Shown piece by piece: positions 40,692 through 53,563 of a stretch of 64,000 bases of DNA (positions within the stretch are counted from its first letter, which is position 1; each line of letters begins with the position of its first letter). Position numbers and translations under genes: made by a program. The notes under the pieces are model-generated. The model made no database searches, had not been told where the DNA came from, and saw only the letters and a list, made by a program, of their open reading frames with translations. The DNA is from an uncultured delta proteobacterium. GTDB taxonomy: Bacteria > Desulfobacterota > RBG-13-43-22. The DNA lies in the NCBI GenBank assembly GCA_963802945.1, contig CAWDKY010000017.1, positions 32,001 through 96,000 on the forward strand, in the 5' to 3' direction.

Positions 40692-41444
40692 TTATTTTTC
40701 AGGTTCTTCTTCGCTTACTTCTTCCCTTTTCTTCTTCCCGGTCAATTTGACGATCAGGATACTGCTTTCAAAAAGGAGATACAATGGAACGGCCAGCAGG
40801 ATCTGGGAGACGACGTCGGGAGGGGTAACGATGGCGGCGATGATGACAATGAGTAAGATAGCGATGCGTCTATTTTTAGCCATCATGCGGGAATTGATGA
40901 TGCCGACCCGGCCTAAAAAATAAGCCAGGACAGGCAATTCAAAGACCAGACCGAAACCTAGGAGCAGTTTCAGGCAAAAGGAAAGGTACAATTGTAGGGA
41001 GGGCAGAGCGCGAATATTTTCGGTGGAAAAACCGATCAGAAACCGAAACCCGATTGGAAAGACCACGTAATAGCCGAACAAGGCACCGCCGACAAACAAA
41101 AGAGAGGAGGTGATAACAAAAGGTAGGACGATTTTTCTCTCTCTTTGATATAATCCCGGGGCAATAAACATCCACAACTCATAAAAAATAACCGGAGAAA
41201 CCAGGACAATCCCGGCAATCAGGCTGGCCTTCAAATAAATAAAAAAGGCCTCGGGAAGGGCTGTAAAGACCAGCTTGTCTCCAGGGGGGAGAACGCCGAT
41301 CAAGGGTTTAACCAGCCATTCGAAAATCTCGCCCGAAAAAGCATAGGCTACTGCAAAGCCGCAACCGATGGCAACGAAGCAGATGATCAACCGCTTCCGA
41401 AGCTCCGCCAGGTGAGCGGTAAAAGGCATCTTGACATCAGGCAT
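40692..41444 (-). CDS. tatC: Twin-arginine translocase subunit TatC
   Basis: HLAELRKRL, WMFIAPGLY, FELP, TPPD. Confidence 0.95.
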   Translation of the reverse strand: MPDVKMPFTAHLAELRKRLIICFVAIGCGFAVAYAFSGEIFEWLVKPLIGVLPPGDKLVFTALPEAFFIYLKASLIAGIVLVSPVIFYELWMFIAPGLYQRERKIVLPFVITSSLLFVGGALFGYYVVFPIGFRFLIGFSTENIRALPSLQLYLSFCLKLLLGFGLVFELPVLAYFLGRVGIINSRMMAKNRRIAILLIVIIAAIVTPPDVVSQILLAVPLYLLFESSILIVKLTGKKKREEVSEEEPEK

Positions 41445-41763
41445 CGGGGGCTTTCGGGGCCGGGGTCGATGAAGGTTCAGAGGAGGGGGGAGTTTGGCCC
41501 TTTTCTTTTTGGGTATCCAAAGCAGGGCTCAATTCGGTTGTTTCTAAATAATGAGCAGGATCCACCAGATCATTCAAGTCCTTTCGGACTTCTTTTAAAT
41601 CTTCTCCAAGATTTAAATGCTCTTTCAACTCTTCAGCTGATTTTTTAAGTTCTACCAATCCCTTTCCGATGGACCGGGCCAGTTCCGGTAACTTTTTTGG
41701 ACCCAGGACCACCAGGGCGACAACCAGGATTAATAAAAATTCCGGGAACCCGATTCCGAACAT
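41437..41763 (-). CDS. tatB: TatA/TatB family subunit
   Basis: MFGIGFPEFLLILVVALVVLGPKKLPELARSIGK; adjacent to tatC. Confidence 0.85.
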   Translation of the reverse strand: MFGIGFPEFLLILVVALVVLGPKKLPELARSIGKGLVELKKSAEELKEHLNLGEDLKEVRKDLNDLVDPAHYLETTELSPALDTQKEKGQTPPSSEPSSTPAPKAPDA

Positions 41764-41863
41764 ATAAAAATCTCCTGAAGATGACCGAATAAAATCCAAT
41801 CTTAATTTTTATCTGATGAACTGTCAACATTGAAAGTCGGGTTAAGGAGAAGGTTGGGGTTTT

Positions 41864-43507
41864 TTATTTCTGGGGGCGGATTTCTTTTTGTCTGAGCTTA
41901 TGATGATAGGTCAGGGCAAATCGATGGGCCTCATCCCGGACCCTTTCCAGAAAATGCAAAAGGTGCGAATCCGATGATAACCGGACCGGGTTTTTTCGGT
42001 TGGGCAGATAGATGCCGTCTTTCCCTCCCTGGGGCCGAAAGGTCTTTTTGGCCAAAGCCAGGATATCCGGTCTCTGTTCGTCGGAGATTTTTCCTATAAT
42101 GTTTTTCAAGATATTTAACTGGCCTTTTCCCCCGTCTACCAGGATCAGGTCAGGCAGTTTCGGGCTATGACCGACCAGTCTTCCGATCATCTCTGCCATC
42201 ATGGCATAATCATTGGGCTGGTCGATGGTTTTGATCCGGAAACGGCGATAGCTGTTTTTGTCCGGTTGTCCTTGGTTGAAAACCACAAAAGATCCCACGG
42301 CCAGGTCTCCCTGGATATTGGATATGTCCATAGCTCCAACAGTGAGAGGAAGGGTCTTCAAACCCAACCTTTCCTGAAGGGCCTGGGCTGTTTTTTCCTG
42401 ATATTCCTGGGCAGGTTCTTTTTTCTCCAGAAAACTTCTACAATTCTCTTCGGCCAGGTTCATCCAGGACCGTCCTTCTCCCCGGCTGGGTATTCGCAAC
42501 ACGACTTTTTGCCCTTTTGTTTCGGAAAGGACCTCTTCTATCAGTGAGCCGTCTTCCGGGGGGAAAGGGATCAAGATGGTTTGAGGAATATATTTTCCTC
42601 CTTGATAATACTGTTGAATCAAATCGGCCAGACATTCCTCAAGAGACTGGGCCGGATTTTTGAATCGGAAGCGGGTCATGCCAGTCACCGAACCCAGCCG
42701 GATGAAAAGGATAACGGCCGCTACGGCCGGACCTTGTTCGACCAAGGCAATGACATCGACGTCAATAAAGCGGGTGGAGACGACCTTTTGTTCTTTCAAA
42801 GTTTCCGAAATAGCCTGGATGCGATCCCTTAAGACAGCCGCTTCTTCAAACCGCAATTCCTCCGATGCCTGGTGCATCTGGTTTTTAAGATCCCTCAATA
42901 AATCCCGGTTTCTTCCTTCCAGAAAAAAGACGACCTCCCGGACCCGACGGCCGTATTCCTCCTGACTGATTTTGTTATGGCAGGGGCCGGGGCACTTTCC
43001 GGTTTGGAAATAAAGGCAGGGGCGCGACCGTCGGGGAAGTTCTTTTTGTCGGCATTGACGAAGGGGGAAGACCCTTTGCAGATATTCAACCGTGGCCCGC
43101 ATCTTTCCGGCAGAAGAAAACGGGCCGAAATAGACGGCCCTGTCCTTCTTGATCCGCCGGACAACTTGCAGGCGCGGATAGGGCTCTTCCAAGCCGAGTC
43201 TTAGACAAGGGTATTGTTTGTCGTCCCTAAGATCCACGTTGTAGCGGGGGCGATGTTTTTTAATCAGATTGCTCTCTAAGATCAAGGCCTCTTTTTCATT
43301 GGCCGTGATTATATATTCCAGTCCTTCCACCCGTTCGAGCAGGGAGGCGGTTTTTACATTTTCGATTTTTAAATAGGAGGTCACCCGCTTCTTTAAGTCC
43401 TTGGCCTTGCCCACGTAAAGGATCCGGCCCTCCTGATCTTTCATCAGATAGACCCCGGCCTGGTGGGGGAAGGGGGACATCAGAAGCTTTATTTTTTGAA
43501 GATCCAT
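41864..43507 (-). CDS. uvrC: Excinuclease ABC subunit C lacking the C-terminal HhH domain
   Basis: GVY..YVGKAK, PRYN, FEEAA..RD, DISN, VDGGKGQL, RDEAHRFA. Confidence 0.95.
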   Translation of the reverse strand: MDLQKIKLLMSPFPHQAGVYLMKDQEGRILYVGKAKDLKKRVTSYLKIENVKTASLLERVEGLEYIITANEKEALILESNLIKKHRPRYNVDLRDDKQYPCLRLGLEEPYPRLQVVRRIKKDRAVYFGPFSSAGKMRATVEYLQRVFPLRQCRQKELPRRSRPCLYFQTGKCPGPCHNKISQEEYGRRVREVVFFLEGRNRDLLRDLKNQMHQASEELRFEEAAVLRDRIQAISETLKEQKVVSTRFIDVDVIALVEQGPAVAAVILFIRLGSVTGMTRFRFKNPAQSLEECLADLIQQYYQGGKYIPQTILIPFPPEDGSLIEEVLSETKGQKVVLRIPSRGEGRSWMNLAEENCRSFLEKKEPAQEYQEKTAQALQERLGLKTLPLTVGAMDISNIQGDLAVGSFVVFNQGQPDKNSYRRFRIKTIDQPNDYAMMAEMIGRLVGHSPKLPDLILVDGGKGQLNILKNIIGKISDEQRPDILALAKKTFRPQGGKDGIYLPNRKNPVRLSSDSHLLHFLERVRDEAHRFALTYHHKLRQKEIRPQK

Positions 43508-43537
43508 GTCAGGGAATGGTTGGGAAAGATTAGAAGT

Positions 43538-43915
43538 TTATTGATTCAGAAATCGGCTTAGGTCGAAGAGTTCCTTTTGAATATCTTTCAGTAAAGGTTC
43601 CAAACCGTCGGTCTTGGGTAGGGTTTCTTCTTTTTTTTCTAACGTTTTCTTTTCTTTTTGTTCTTTGGAATTCTGGAGCAGTTTTTTCCGTGCCCCGGCT
43701 ATGGTAAATCCTTCCTGGTACAATAATTTTTTAATTTCCAGGATGATCTCAACATCTTTTCGGCGGTACATACGCTGATTAGAGCCGAACCGGACCGGGC
43801 GGATCATTTTGAATTCGGTTTCCCAATACCGGAGGACATAGGCTTCCAAGTGGGTCAGGTCACTCACTTCACCGATTTTGAAGTATTGTTTGTCGGGAAT
43901 TCCCTCAGTTTCCAT
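43538..43915 (-). CDS. MerR-family HTH regulator (pheT/ihfA-linked type)
   Basis: [33 protein letters not shown]. Confidence 0.9.
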   Translation of the reverse strand: METEGIPDKQYFKIGEVSDLTHLEAYVLRYWETEFKMIRPVRFGSNQRMYRRKDVEIILEIKKLLYQEGFTIAGARKKLLQNSKEQKEKKTLEKKEETLPKTDGLEPLLKDIQKELFDLSRFLNQ

Positions 43916-44029
43916 AGAGCTCCCCCGTTGGATTATGATCAAACCCTCATTTTCGTACTATTATGAACCTATCGCCCTATGAATTCAATAAAATTCATAT
44001 CGAATCCAAAGGAAATGGATTGATCCCGA

Positions 44030-46447
44030 TCATCTTTCCCGCAAGGTGGCCCCGAATTTTTCAAGAACCTTTTTCAACAATTTTTCATGGATCGCATTGA
44101 CCAATTCATCCGACAAGGTTTTTTCCGGAGAACGGTAATGGATTCGAACCCCTAGATTCTTTTTTCCTGCGGGAATCGGTTTTCCGGAATAGAGGTCGAA
44201 GAGCTCGATTTCTTCGATGAGGGGTTCTTTCAGGGAAAGGATTTCATCCTGGATCTCTTTCCAAAGGATATTTTCATTGAGGATCAAGGCCATATCCCGG
44301 GTAATCTCCGGAAACCTGGGCCAGGATTTGAACTGGGGAACATCCCTAATTTTTGAGATGAGCAGATCCACATCCAAATCAAAAATGAAGGCCGTTTCTT
44401 TTAATTCGAACTGAGACCGGACCTGGGGTGATATTTCTCCCATCTCCCCGATTCGGTCATCCTGACAGTAAACCTCTATATACCTGTCCTGGGCAAAATA
44501 AGCAGACGGAGTTGCAGCCAGGAAGGAATAATTCTCGGCTCTTAATGTTTCCAATAAAGTTTCCAACACCCCTTTTAAATCATAAAAATCAACCGGCTCA
44601 GACTTAAAATAATGAGACCTTGCATTGCGTCTTCCTGTCCATAGAGTGCACAGGCGATGGGTCTCTTGAGGTAAGGTGTTCAAATCAGGGAAGGCAGAAA
44701 AGACTTTCCCTAATTCAAAGATACGAAGGTCCAGATTTCTCTGGGTCCAATTCTTCATCACGGTGGTCAGCATCCCCGGAATCAGACTGATTCGCATAAC
44801 CGACTGATCTTCGGTAATGGGATTGCTGATCCTAACAAAGGGTGAGTTTCCGGAATATTTTGGATTTAAAAATAAGGAACTGAGCGATTCAGAACTAAAA
44901 CTATAGTTAATGACCTCATCAAACCCCTGGCCATTCAAAATTTCCTTGATCTGTTTGCGGACAGAAATGGTCTTGGGTTCCTTTCGGCTTTTGGATGAAG
45001 CCGTGGGGATGGTCACCGGAATCTGGTCGTAGCCTATCAGGCGGGCCACTTCTTCTATCAAATCCACCGGGCGGGTCAGGTCACGGCGGAATGAGGTTGG
45101 GGTGACTTCTACCAGATCTTTTTCTTTGATGACCGTCTTCAAGCCCAAGGACTGGCTGATTTCCGCGGCCTTTTCAGCCGAGACCTCCAAGCCCAAAAAC
45201 CGACTGGTCTTCCGGGTATTAAGGGCAATCGGTTTGATTACCAGGGGCTGAGGATACTCATCGATCCAGCCGGGGACGATCTCCCCCCCGGCCAATTCAC
45301 GGATCAACAGGGCGGCCCGGTCATTAGCCTTAAGGACCCCTTCGATGTCCACTCCCCGTTCAAAGCGCATGGAGGCCTCGGAGGACAAAGAAAGTTTTTT
45401 GGCTGTCCGGCGGATACAACGGGGTTCAAAATAAGCGCTTTCTAGGAGGATATTTTGAGTTGAATCCTGGATCTCAGTATTCAATCCCCCCATTATTCCA
45501 GCCAGGGCTACCCCTTTCTCTCCATCGGCAATAACCAGCATTTCCGGTGTCAGATCGCGTTCCTGCCCATCCAGCGTGGTCATTTTTTCATTGGGTTCAG
45601 CTATGCGAACCACAATCCGCCTCCCTGCCAACGTATCATAATCAAAGGAATGAAGGGGCTGCCCGTATTCCATCAAAACGAAATTAGTAACATCAACCAC
45701 ATTATTGATGCTCCGAATACCTACGGAAAGAAGACGGTTGCGCAGCCATGAAGGGGAAGGGCCTATGGTAACGCCGCGGACCAATCGAGCGGAGTACCGT
45801 GGGCACAAATTCGGTGCTAGTATTGTTACAGAAGCCTCTTCCTTGATTGCATTTCCCGTTGGGGCAGCGGAAAGATCCGGAAGTTTCAAAGGACGTTTGA
45901 AAATGGCTGAAATTTCCCGGGCAATTCCGATATGGCTTAGACAATCCCCCCTGTTGGGAGTGATATTGACTTCCAATAAAGTGTCTTCCAATCCCAAGGC
46001 CTTGCTTATGGGCGAGCCTAAGGGAATCCCCTCCGAAAGAATCATGATCCCAGTATGATCATCCGATAATCCCATTTCTCGTTCCGAGCAAAGAGTACCT
46101 GGAGAAACGATACCTCTTATGGTGGCCACCTGGACTTCCATCCCTGAAGGCAGCCGGCTTCCGGGTAAGGCCACGGGCACCAGTATCTCAGGCCGTACAT
46201 TGGGCGCCCCGCAAACTAAATCAAGGGTTTCTGAACCGGTAGCGACCTTACAGATGGTAAGACGATCAGCCTGGGGATGTTTTCGGACTTCCAGTATCTT
46301 CCCTACGACGAGAGATTCCAATTCCCGCCCGATAGGAAGAACCGCTTCCACCTCCAGGCCGGCCATAGTCAAGCCATGGGCCAGGTCATCCACGGAAAGG
46401 CCGGATAAATCCACATATTCCTTTAGCCAGTTGATGGTAACTTTCAT
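44030..46447 (-). CDS. pheT: Phenylalanyl-tRNA synthetase beta subunit
   Basis: HPQADRL, VCGAPN, TPNRGD, YGQPLH, RFERG. Confidence 0.97.
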   Translation of the reverse strand: MKVTINWLKEYVDLSGLSVDDLAHGLTMAGLEVEAVLPIGRELESLVVGKILEVRKHPQADRLTICKVATGSETLDLVCGAPNVRPEILVPVALPGSRLPSGMEVQVATIRGIVSPGTLCSEREMGLSDDHTGIMILSEGIPLGSPISKALGLEDTLLEVNITPNRGDCLSHIGIAREISAIFKRPLKLPDLSAAPTGNAIKEEASVTILAPNLCPRYSARLVRGVTIGPSPSWLRNRLLSVGIRSINNVVDVTNFVLMEYGQPLHSFDYDTLAGRRIVVRIAEPNEKMTTLDGQERDLTPEMLVIADGEKGVALAGIMGGLNTEIQDSTQNILLESAYFEPRCIRRTAKKLSLSSEASMRFERGVDIEGVLKANDRAALLIRELAGGEIVPGWIDEYPQPLVIKPIALNTRKTSRFLGLEVSAEKAAEISQSLGLKTVIKEKDLVEVTPTSFRRDLTRPVDLIEEVARLIGYDQIPVTIPTASSKSRKEPKTISVRKQIKEILNGQGFDEVINYSFSSESLSSLFLNPKYSGNSPFVRISNPITEDQSVMRISLIPGMLTTVMKNWTQRNLDLRIFELGKVFSAFPDLNTLPQETHRLCTLWTGRRNARSHYFKSEPVDFYDLKGVLETLLETLRAENYSFLAATPSAYFAQDRYIEVYCQDDRIGEMGEISPQVRSQFELKETAFIFDLDVDLLISKIRDVPQFKSWPRFPEITRDMALILNENILWKEIQDEILSLKEPLIEEIELFDLYSGKPIPAGKKNLGVRIHYRSPEKTLSDELVNAIHEKLLKKVLEKFGATLRER

Positions 46448-46562
46448 ATCAAAACCTTATGGCTCTGGTGAGACGATATAAGACAACACAAAAAAGATTC
46501 CACGTTTGGAGTGCTTCAATCCTGCCGCAGACGGGACTTGAATCCTGGAATCCTTTTTCAAT

Positions 46563-47570
46563 TTAAAATTGTTTTAAAAACCTCTGGTCGTTTTCAAAAA
46601 ACATCCGGATATCATCGATCCCATACCTGAGCATGGCAATCCGTTCCACTCCCATGCCAAAAGCAAAACCGGTTACCTGGTCAGGATCATAGCCAACCAT
46701 CTTATATACTTCAGGATCGATCATGCCGGATCCCAGGATCTCCAGCCACCCGGTCTGAGAACAAACCCGGCATCCTGATCCCTTGCAAATGACACAGCCA
46801 ATGTCCACTTCGGCGCTGGGTTCGGTAAAAGGGAAAAAGCTGGGGCGGAAACGAAGCGGGGTCTCCTCCCCAAACATCTGATGAACGAAAAGGGTCAGGA
46901 TCCCTTTCAGGTCTCCAAGACTGATATCATCTCCGACCATAAAGCCCTCCACCTGATGAAACATGGGGGTATGAGAGATGTCCGAATCTCGACGATAAAC
47001 CTTACCCGGTGCGATGACCCGCAGAGGAGGAGGATTTTTTTCCATGACCCTGACCTGTAAGGGGGAAGTATGGGTTCGTAGCAGAATGGTATCTGAAACA
47101 TAAAAGGTGTCCTGCATGTCGCGGGCCGGATGATCCGGAGGGATATTCAGGGCTTCAAAGTTATAGTAATCCAATTCGACTTCCGGCCCTTCAACCAATT
47201 CAAAATTCAGGCGGGAAAATATAGTACAGATATCCTCCATGGTCTGGCTAATAGGATGTCTTCGTCCCCGAATGGTTTTTCTTCCTGGAAGACTCCAGTC
47301 AAACCTGGATAAAACAGCTCCCCCTTTCCCGGAGAAGGCCTCTTTCTTTTGTTTGAAAAGCCCTTCCAGTATCCCTTTTAGCCGATTGGCTTCCTGTCCG
47401 ACCAAGGGTCTTTCCTCTGGCGAAATGGTCCCCAGTTCTCGTAAGCACTGAGTCAATTCCCCTTTTCGCCCCAGAAACCGTATCTGCAAGGCCTCCAGAT
47501 CTGCTATGGAGGTCACCCGGCCCAATTCTTCCCTGACTTGGGTTTCCAATGTTTTTAATTTGGATAACAT
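46563..47570 (-). CDS. pheS: Phenylalanyl-tRNA synthetase alpha subunit
   Basis: [34 protein letters not shown]. Confidence 0.97.
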   Translation of the reverse strand: MLSKLKTLETQVREELGRVTSIADLEALQIRFLGRKGELTQCLRELGTISPEERPLVGQEANRLKGILEGLFKQKKEAFSGKGGAVLSRFDWSLPGRKTIRGRRHPISQTMEDICTIFSRLNFELVEGPEVELDYYNFEALNIPPDHPARDMQDTFYVSDTILLRTHTSPLQVRVMEKNPPPLRVIAPGKVYRRDSDISHTPMFHQVEGFMVGDDISLGDLKGILTLFVHQMFGEETPLRFRPSFFPFTEPSAEVDIGCVICKGSGCRVCSQTGWLEILGSGMIDPEVYKMVGYDPDQVTGFAFGMGVERIAMLRYGIDDIRMFFENDQRFLKQF

Positions 47571-47625
47571 GGCAATAATCTTATTTGGATAGAAGTTAGG
47601 ATTAGATCCAAAGGAGGATCAAGCC

Positions 47626-47976
47626 TTAAGATTGGGAAACCTTCTGGACCAGAGAGGCAAACCTTTCCGGATCTCGAGCTGCCATTTCGGATAAAACCTT
47701 ACGATCCAAACCGATGCCGGCTTTTTTCAAGGCTCCCATAAAACGACTGTAGGAAATGCCATTATTCTTGGCGGCTGCGCTGATTCTTACAATCCATAAC
47801 CCTCGAAACTCCCTTTTGCGAACCCGCCGATCCCGGTAGGCATATTTCAGAGACCGGTCCACGGCCTCAGTGGCTGTTTTAAATAACCGGCTTCGCGCAC
47901 CGCGGTATCCTTTGGCCAATTTTAAGACCTTATTTCTTCTCCGCCTGGCCTTGAAGCCCCTTCTTACTCTGGGCAT
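47626..47976 (-). CDS. rplT: 50S ribosomal protein L20
   Basis: MPRV, AKGYRG, YAYRDR, LWIVRI, LDRKVL. Confidence 0.97.
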   Translation of the reverse strand: MPRVRRGFKARRRRNKVLKLAKGYRGARSRLFKTATEAVDRSLKYAYRDRRVRKREFRGLWIVRISAAAKNNGISYSRFMGALKKAGIGLDRKVLSEMAARDPERFASLVQKVSQS

Positions 47977-48004
47977 GATTATTCACCTCATTTTTCAAAT
48001 ATTC

Positions 48005-48202
48005 TTAACTGTAGGGCAGCATCCTTTTGATGCCCCGAACATTGGCTGATTCCACCACAGCCGATTTTCTAAGACGCCGTTTTCTCTTGGTTGTTTTACT
48101 GGTTAAAATATGACTGCCAAAGGCCTTGGAACGGACAATTTTTCCATTCCCGGTGGTTTTGAAGCGCTTGGCAGCTCCCCGTTTGGATTTCATTTTCGGC
48201 AT
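48005..48202 (-). CDS. rpmI: 50S ribosomal protein L35
   Basis: [14 protein letters not shown]. Confidence 0.97.
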   Translation of the reverse strand: MPKMKSKRGAAKRFKTTGNGKIVRSKAFGSHILTSKTTKRKRRLRKSAVVESANVRGIKRMLPYS

Positions 48203-48362
48203 ACTGATACACTCCTTGATAAATACGTTCTCTTAAAGCAATCTTAAAACAAAAGGATAACGGAGGTTGTTACAAGTCAAATCGAGAGTTCAGAGTTCAA
48301 AGGTACCTGCTTCTACTCTGAACTAATTACTCCGAACTAATAAAGGCCTCTCGCCTCTTTTT

Positions 48363-48869
48363 TTATTTCGGTCCCAGTATCATGGTCATGTTTCGGCCTT
48401 CCAGTCTTGCTTCCTGTTCCACGGTAGCCAGGTCCTTGGTTTCCTCGACGACCCTGTTCAGGATATTTCTGGCTGCTTCCTGATATTGAATTTCTCGGCC
48501 CCGGAACATGAGAGAGATTTTGGTTTTATTTTTCTTCTCTAAAAATTTCCGAATGTTCTTCAGCTTGAACTGAAAATCGTGCTCTTCGGTTTTAGGTCGA
48601 AGTTTAACTTCTTTGACCTGTATGATCGTCCGGCGCTTTTTAGCTTCATGAACCTTTTTGGTTTGCTGGTATCTGAACTTACCATAATCCATGATCCGGC
48701 ATACAGGAGGATCCAATTGCGGGGCTACTTCAACCAGATCTAACCCTTGTTCTCTGGAAAGATTCAAGGCCTGGGATATGGGCAGGATACCAAGCTGAAC
48801 GCCTCCATCTCCGATGACTCGAACATTGGCGGCCCTGATCTCTTCGTTCACATTAACCGACTTAGCTAT
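48363..48869 (-). CDS. infC: Translation initiation factor IF-3 (probable ATA start)
   Basis: NEEIR, LDLVEVAP, CRIMDYGKF, KEVKLRP; AGGAGGTG-6 nt-ATA, with the ATG abutting the SD. Confidence 0.95.
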   Translation of the reverse strand: MAKSVNVNEEIRAANVRVIGDGGVQLGILPISQALNLSREQGLDLVEVAPQLDPPVCRIMDYGKFRYQQTKKVHEAKKRRTIIQVKEVKLRPKTEEHDFQFKLKNIRKFLEKKNKTKISLMFRGREIQYQEAARNILNRVVEETKDLATVEQEARLEGRNMTMILGPK

Positions 48870-48967
48870 AACCATCACCTCCTAATTTAATTTCGAATTG
48901 TCGATTGCGGATTTTAGAATGTTTTTTACTCTGAATTCCGGAATCCGAAATCTGTAATCAATATTAA

Positions 48968-50888
48968 TTATTGTTTTCCCGGAACAGACTCTTCCTTTAT
49001 CTTTTCGATGAACTGGGGAACGGTCCATTTCCCCAGATTTTCTCCGCTGCGCGTTCTTGGGCTGACGGAATTCTGTTCTTCTTCTTTGTCTCCGATGACG
49101 ATCATGTAAGGAATTTTTTGCAGTTGGGCTTCACGGACCTTGAGCCCCAATTTTTCATTCCGTATATCCAATTCAGCCCGGATGCCGGCCTGGAGCAGAT
49201 TCTCAAACACCTTTTGACAATATGGGCCGTTACGATCGGTAACCGACAAGACAACGGCCTGTACCGGTGCCAGCCAGGTGGGAAAGGCCCCGGCAAAATG
49301 TTCGATCAAGACCCCGATAAACCGTTCCATGGCCCCTAGGATAACCCGATGAACCATGACCGGCCGGTGACGTTCTCCGTCCGCTCCGACATATTGCAGG
49401 TCAAATCTTTCCGGCAGGGTAAAATCACATTGAATAGTAGCACATTGCCATCGCCGATCCAGGGCATCTTTCAGTTTGATGTCGATTTTCGGTCCGTAAA
49501 AAGCCCCTTCCCCTTGACAAATGGAATAAGGCAATCCAGTGGTCTTAAGGGCGAGTATCAAGGCCTCGGTGGCCCGTTCCCAATCCTGATCGCTGCCGAT
49601 GGACTTTTCCGGACGGGTGCTGATCTCCACTTCGAAATCAAATTGAAAGATCTTCATCACCTCGGCTACAAAATTGAGCACTCCTCGAATTTCATCTTGA
49701 AGCTGGTCCGGAGTGCATATGATATGAGCATCGTCCTGAGTGAATTGACGGACGCGCATCAAACCATGCAAAACCCCGGATTTTTCGTGGCGATGAACCG
49801 TTCCCAGTTCAAAATAGCGCTTGGGGAGATCCCGATAACTCCGAACTTTTGATTTATAAATTATCATGTGGGCCAGACAATTCATAGGCTTTATGCCGTA
49901 ACCCTGCCCGTCGATCTCGGTAAAATACATCATCTCTCGGTAATTCTCAAAATGACCGGACTTTTTCCAGAGGTCGGACTTGAGTATCTGGGGACCGATG
50001 ACGATTTCATACCCCCGCTTCAAATGCTCTCTTTTTTCAAAATCTTCTAGGATGGTCCGGAGCATGGCCCCTTTGGGATGATAAATCACCAGTCCCGGGC
50101 CCACTTCATCATGAATACTGAAAAGGTCCAGTTCACGGCCCAATCGGCGGTGGTCGCGACGCCGGGCCTCTTCCAGACGAAACAAATGATCTTCTAATTC
50201 TTTTTTTTCAAAAAAAGCCGTCCCATAAATCCGCTGGAGCATAGGGTTTCTTTCATCTCCCCGCCAATAAGCCCCGGCAACATGAGTCAATTTATAAAAG
50301 CGGCTCCCGTCGGTTGAGGTCAGATGAGGACCGCGGCACATATCCACAAAATTCCCCTGACGATAGAGGGAAACCATAGGTCCTTCCAGTTGTTCCAGCA
50401 TCTCAACCTTGAAGGATTCCCCTTGAGATGAAAAAAGCCTAATGGCCTCTTCCCGGCGGAGTTCTTCTCGGGCGATGGGGATCTTTTGCCGGCTTAAAAT
50501 TTGCATTCGTTCCTCAATGCGAGGAAGGTCTTCTGGGAGTAAAAGGGTCTTTTTTAAAAAAATCGTAATAAAATCCTTGTTCAATGGCCGGACCGATGGC
50601 CAGTTTTACTTCCGGGAACAATTCCTTTACGGCCTGGGCCATCAAATGGGAGGTGGAATGGCGTAAAATCTCCAATCCTTCCGGTTCATTATCGTAAACC
50701 GGCTCTATTTTCCCTTCTTGAGACAACTTCCTCGTTAGGTCGATTAATTCCCCATCCAGACGGGCAGCAACAACCCTTTTCAAAGACCCTTTAATCCCTT
50801 TTTTCAGGGCTTCCTGGGCTTCGGTTTCTTTGGGAAAATTTAAGGAGGTCCCATCTGGAAAATTGATTTTAATTTCTTCAGGTTGCAT
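48968..50888 (-). CDS. thrS: Threonyl-tRNA synthetase; 1-nt frameshift near 50536
   Basis: [18 protein letters not shown] / [25 protein letters not shown]. Confidence 0.95.
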
Positions 50889-50987
50889 GTCCTTGGATTC
50901 TAATTTTAATTAAATAGTAAAGAATAAACTTTTTATATACTAAGATTTTCCAATTATGTCAAATAAATATTTGAAATTTGGATAGAA

Positions 50988-51269
50988 CTAATTATAGCGG
51001 ATCTGGAACGAATCGAATGCCCCACTATAGGGTCCAAGGTTGACTTCAACTTGTTCAACCTGGGAATAAGGGGACCCGCGCCAGCACCAAGCAACCATTT
51101 GATCCACTTTTTCTTTGTCTCCTTCAAAATAAGCCTCTACGCCCCCATCCCGAAGATTTCTAACCCAGCCAGTCAGCCCCAAAGAAAATGCTTCGTCCCG
51201 GGTAACAGCCCGGAAATAAACCCCTTGAACTCGGCCATGAATAACGACCTGGGCTGAAATTTTTTCCAT
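50988..51269 (-). CDS. acyP: Acylphosphatase
   Basis: GRVQGVYFR, GWVRN..DG.VE. Confidence 0.93.
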   Translation of the reverse strand: MEKISAQVVIHGRVQGVYFRAVTRDEAFSLGLTGWVRNLRDGGVEAYFEGDKEKVDQMVAWCWRGSPYSQVEQVEVNLGPYSGAFDSFQIRYN

Positions 51270-51349
51270 AACGGGCTCCTAACCAAAAATCGAAAATTAA
51301 AAGGGTTCCTGGGATTAGCGTACCGTGACAGTAATCACTTTCCGAGATT

Positions 51350-51410
51350 GTTATTCCGGGCTTGACCCGGAATCCAGCCCTTTAAACTGGATTCCCGCTT
51401 TCGCGGGAAG
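51350..51410. repeat. REP-like double-hairpin palindromic element
   Basis: ATTCCGGGCTTGACCCGGAATCCAG...CTGGATTCCCGCTTTCGCGGGAA. Confidence 0.75.
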
Positions 51411-51513
51411 AACGGCACAAGGTTTATTGTAAACCTGTTATTAATACACTTAGGTATTCAATGCCGCCACAGACGGAACTCGAATCCTGGTATCCTAGAA
51501 CACTATTAATTTA

Positions 51514-53547
<2,034 letters not shown>

Positions 53548-53563
53548 TTAGAAGTGTATCACA

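Noticed and set aside
48867-48869. ATA start of infC as a novelty
   Set aside because: Non-canonical infC starts are established autoregulation
515-50540. Programmed frameshifting or pseudogenisation in mvhD (~517), tatA (~11572), crotonase (~21932), purL (~24748), DUF523/1722 (~30879) and thrS (~50536)
   Set aside because: Each is a single-base change in a short base run with both halves otherwise intact, and thrS is essential; most likely assembly indels. Read mapping would settle it.
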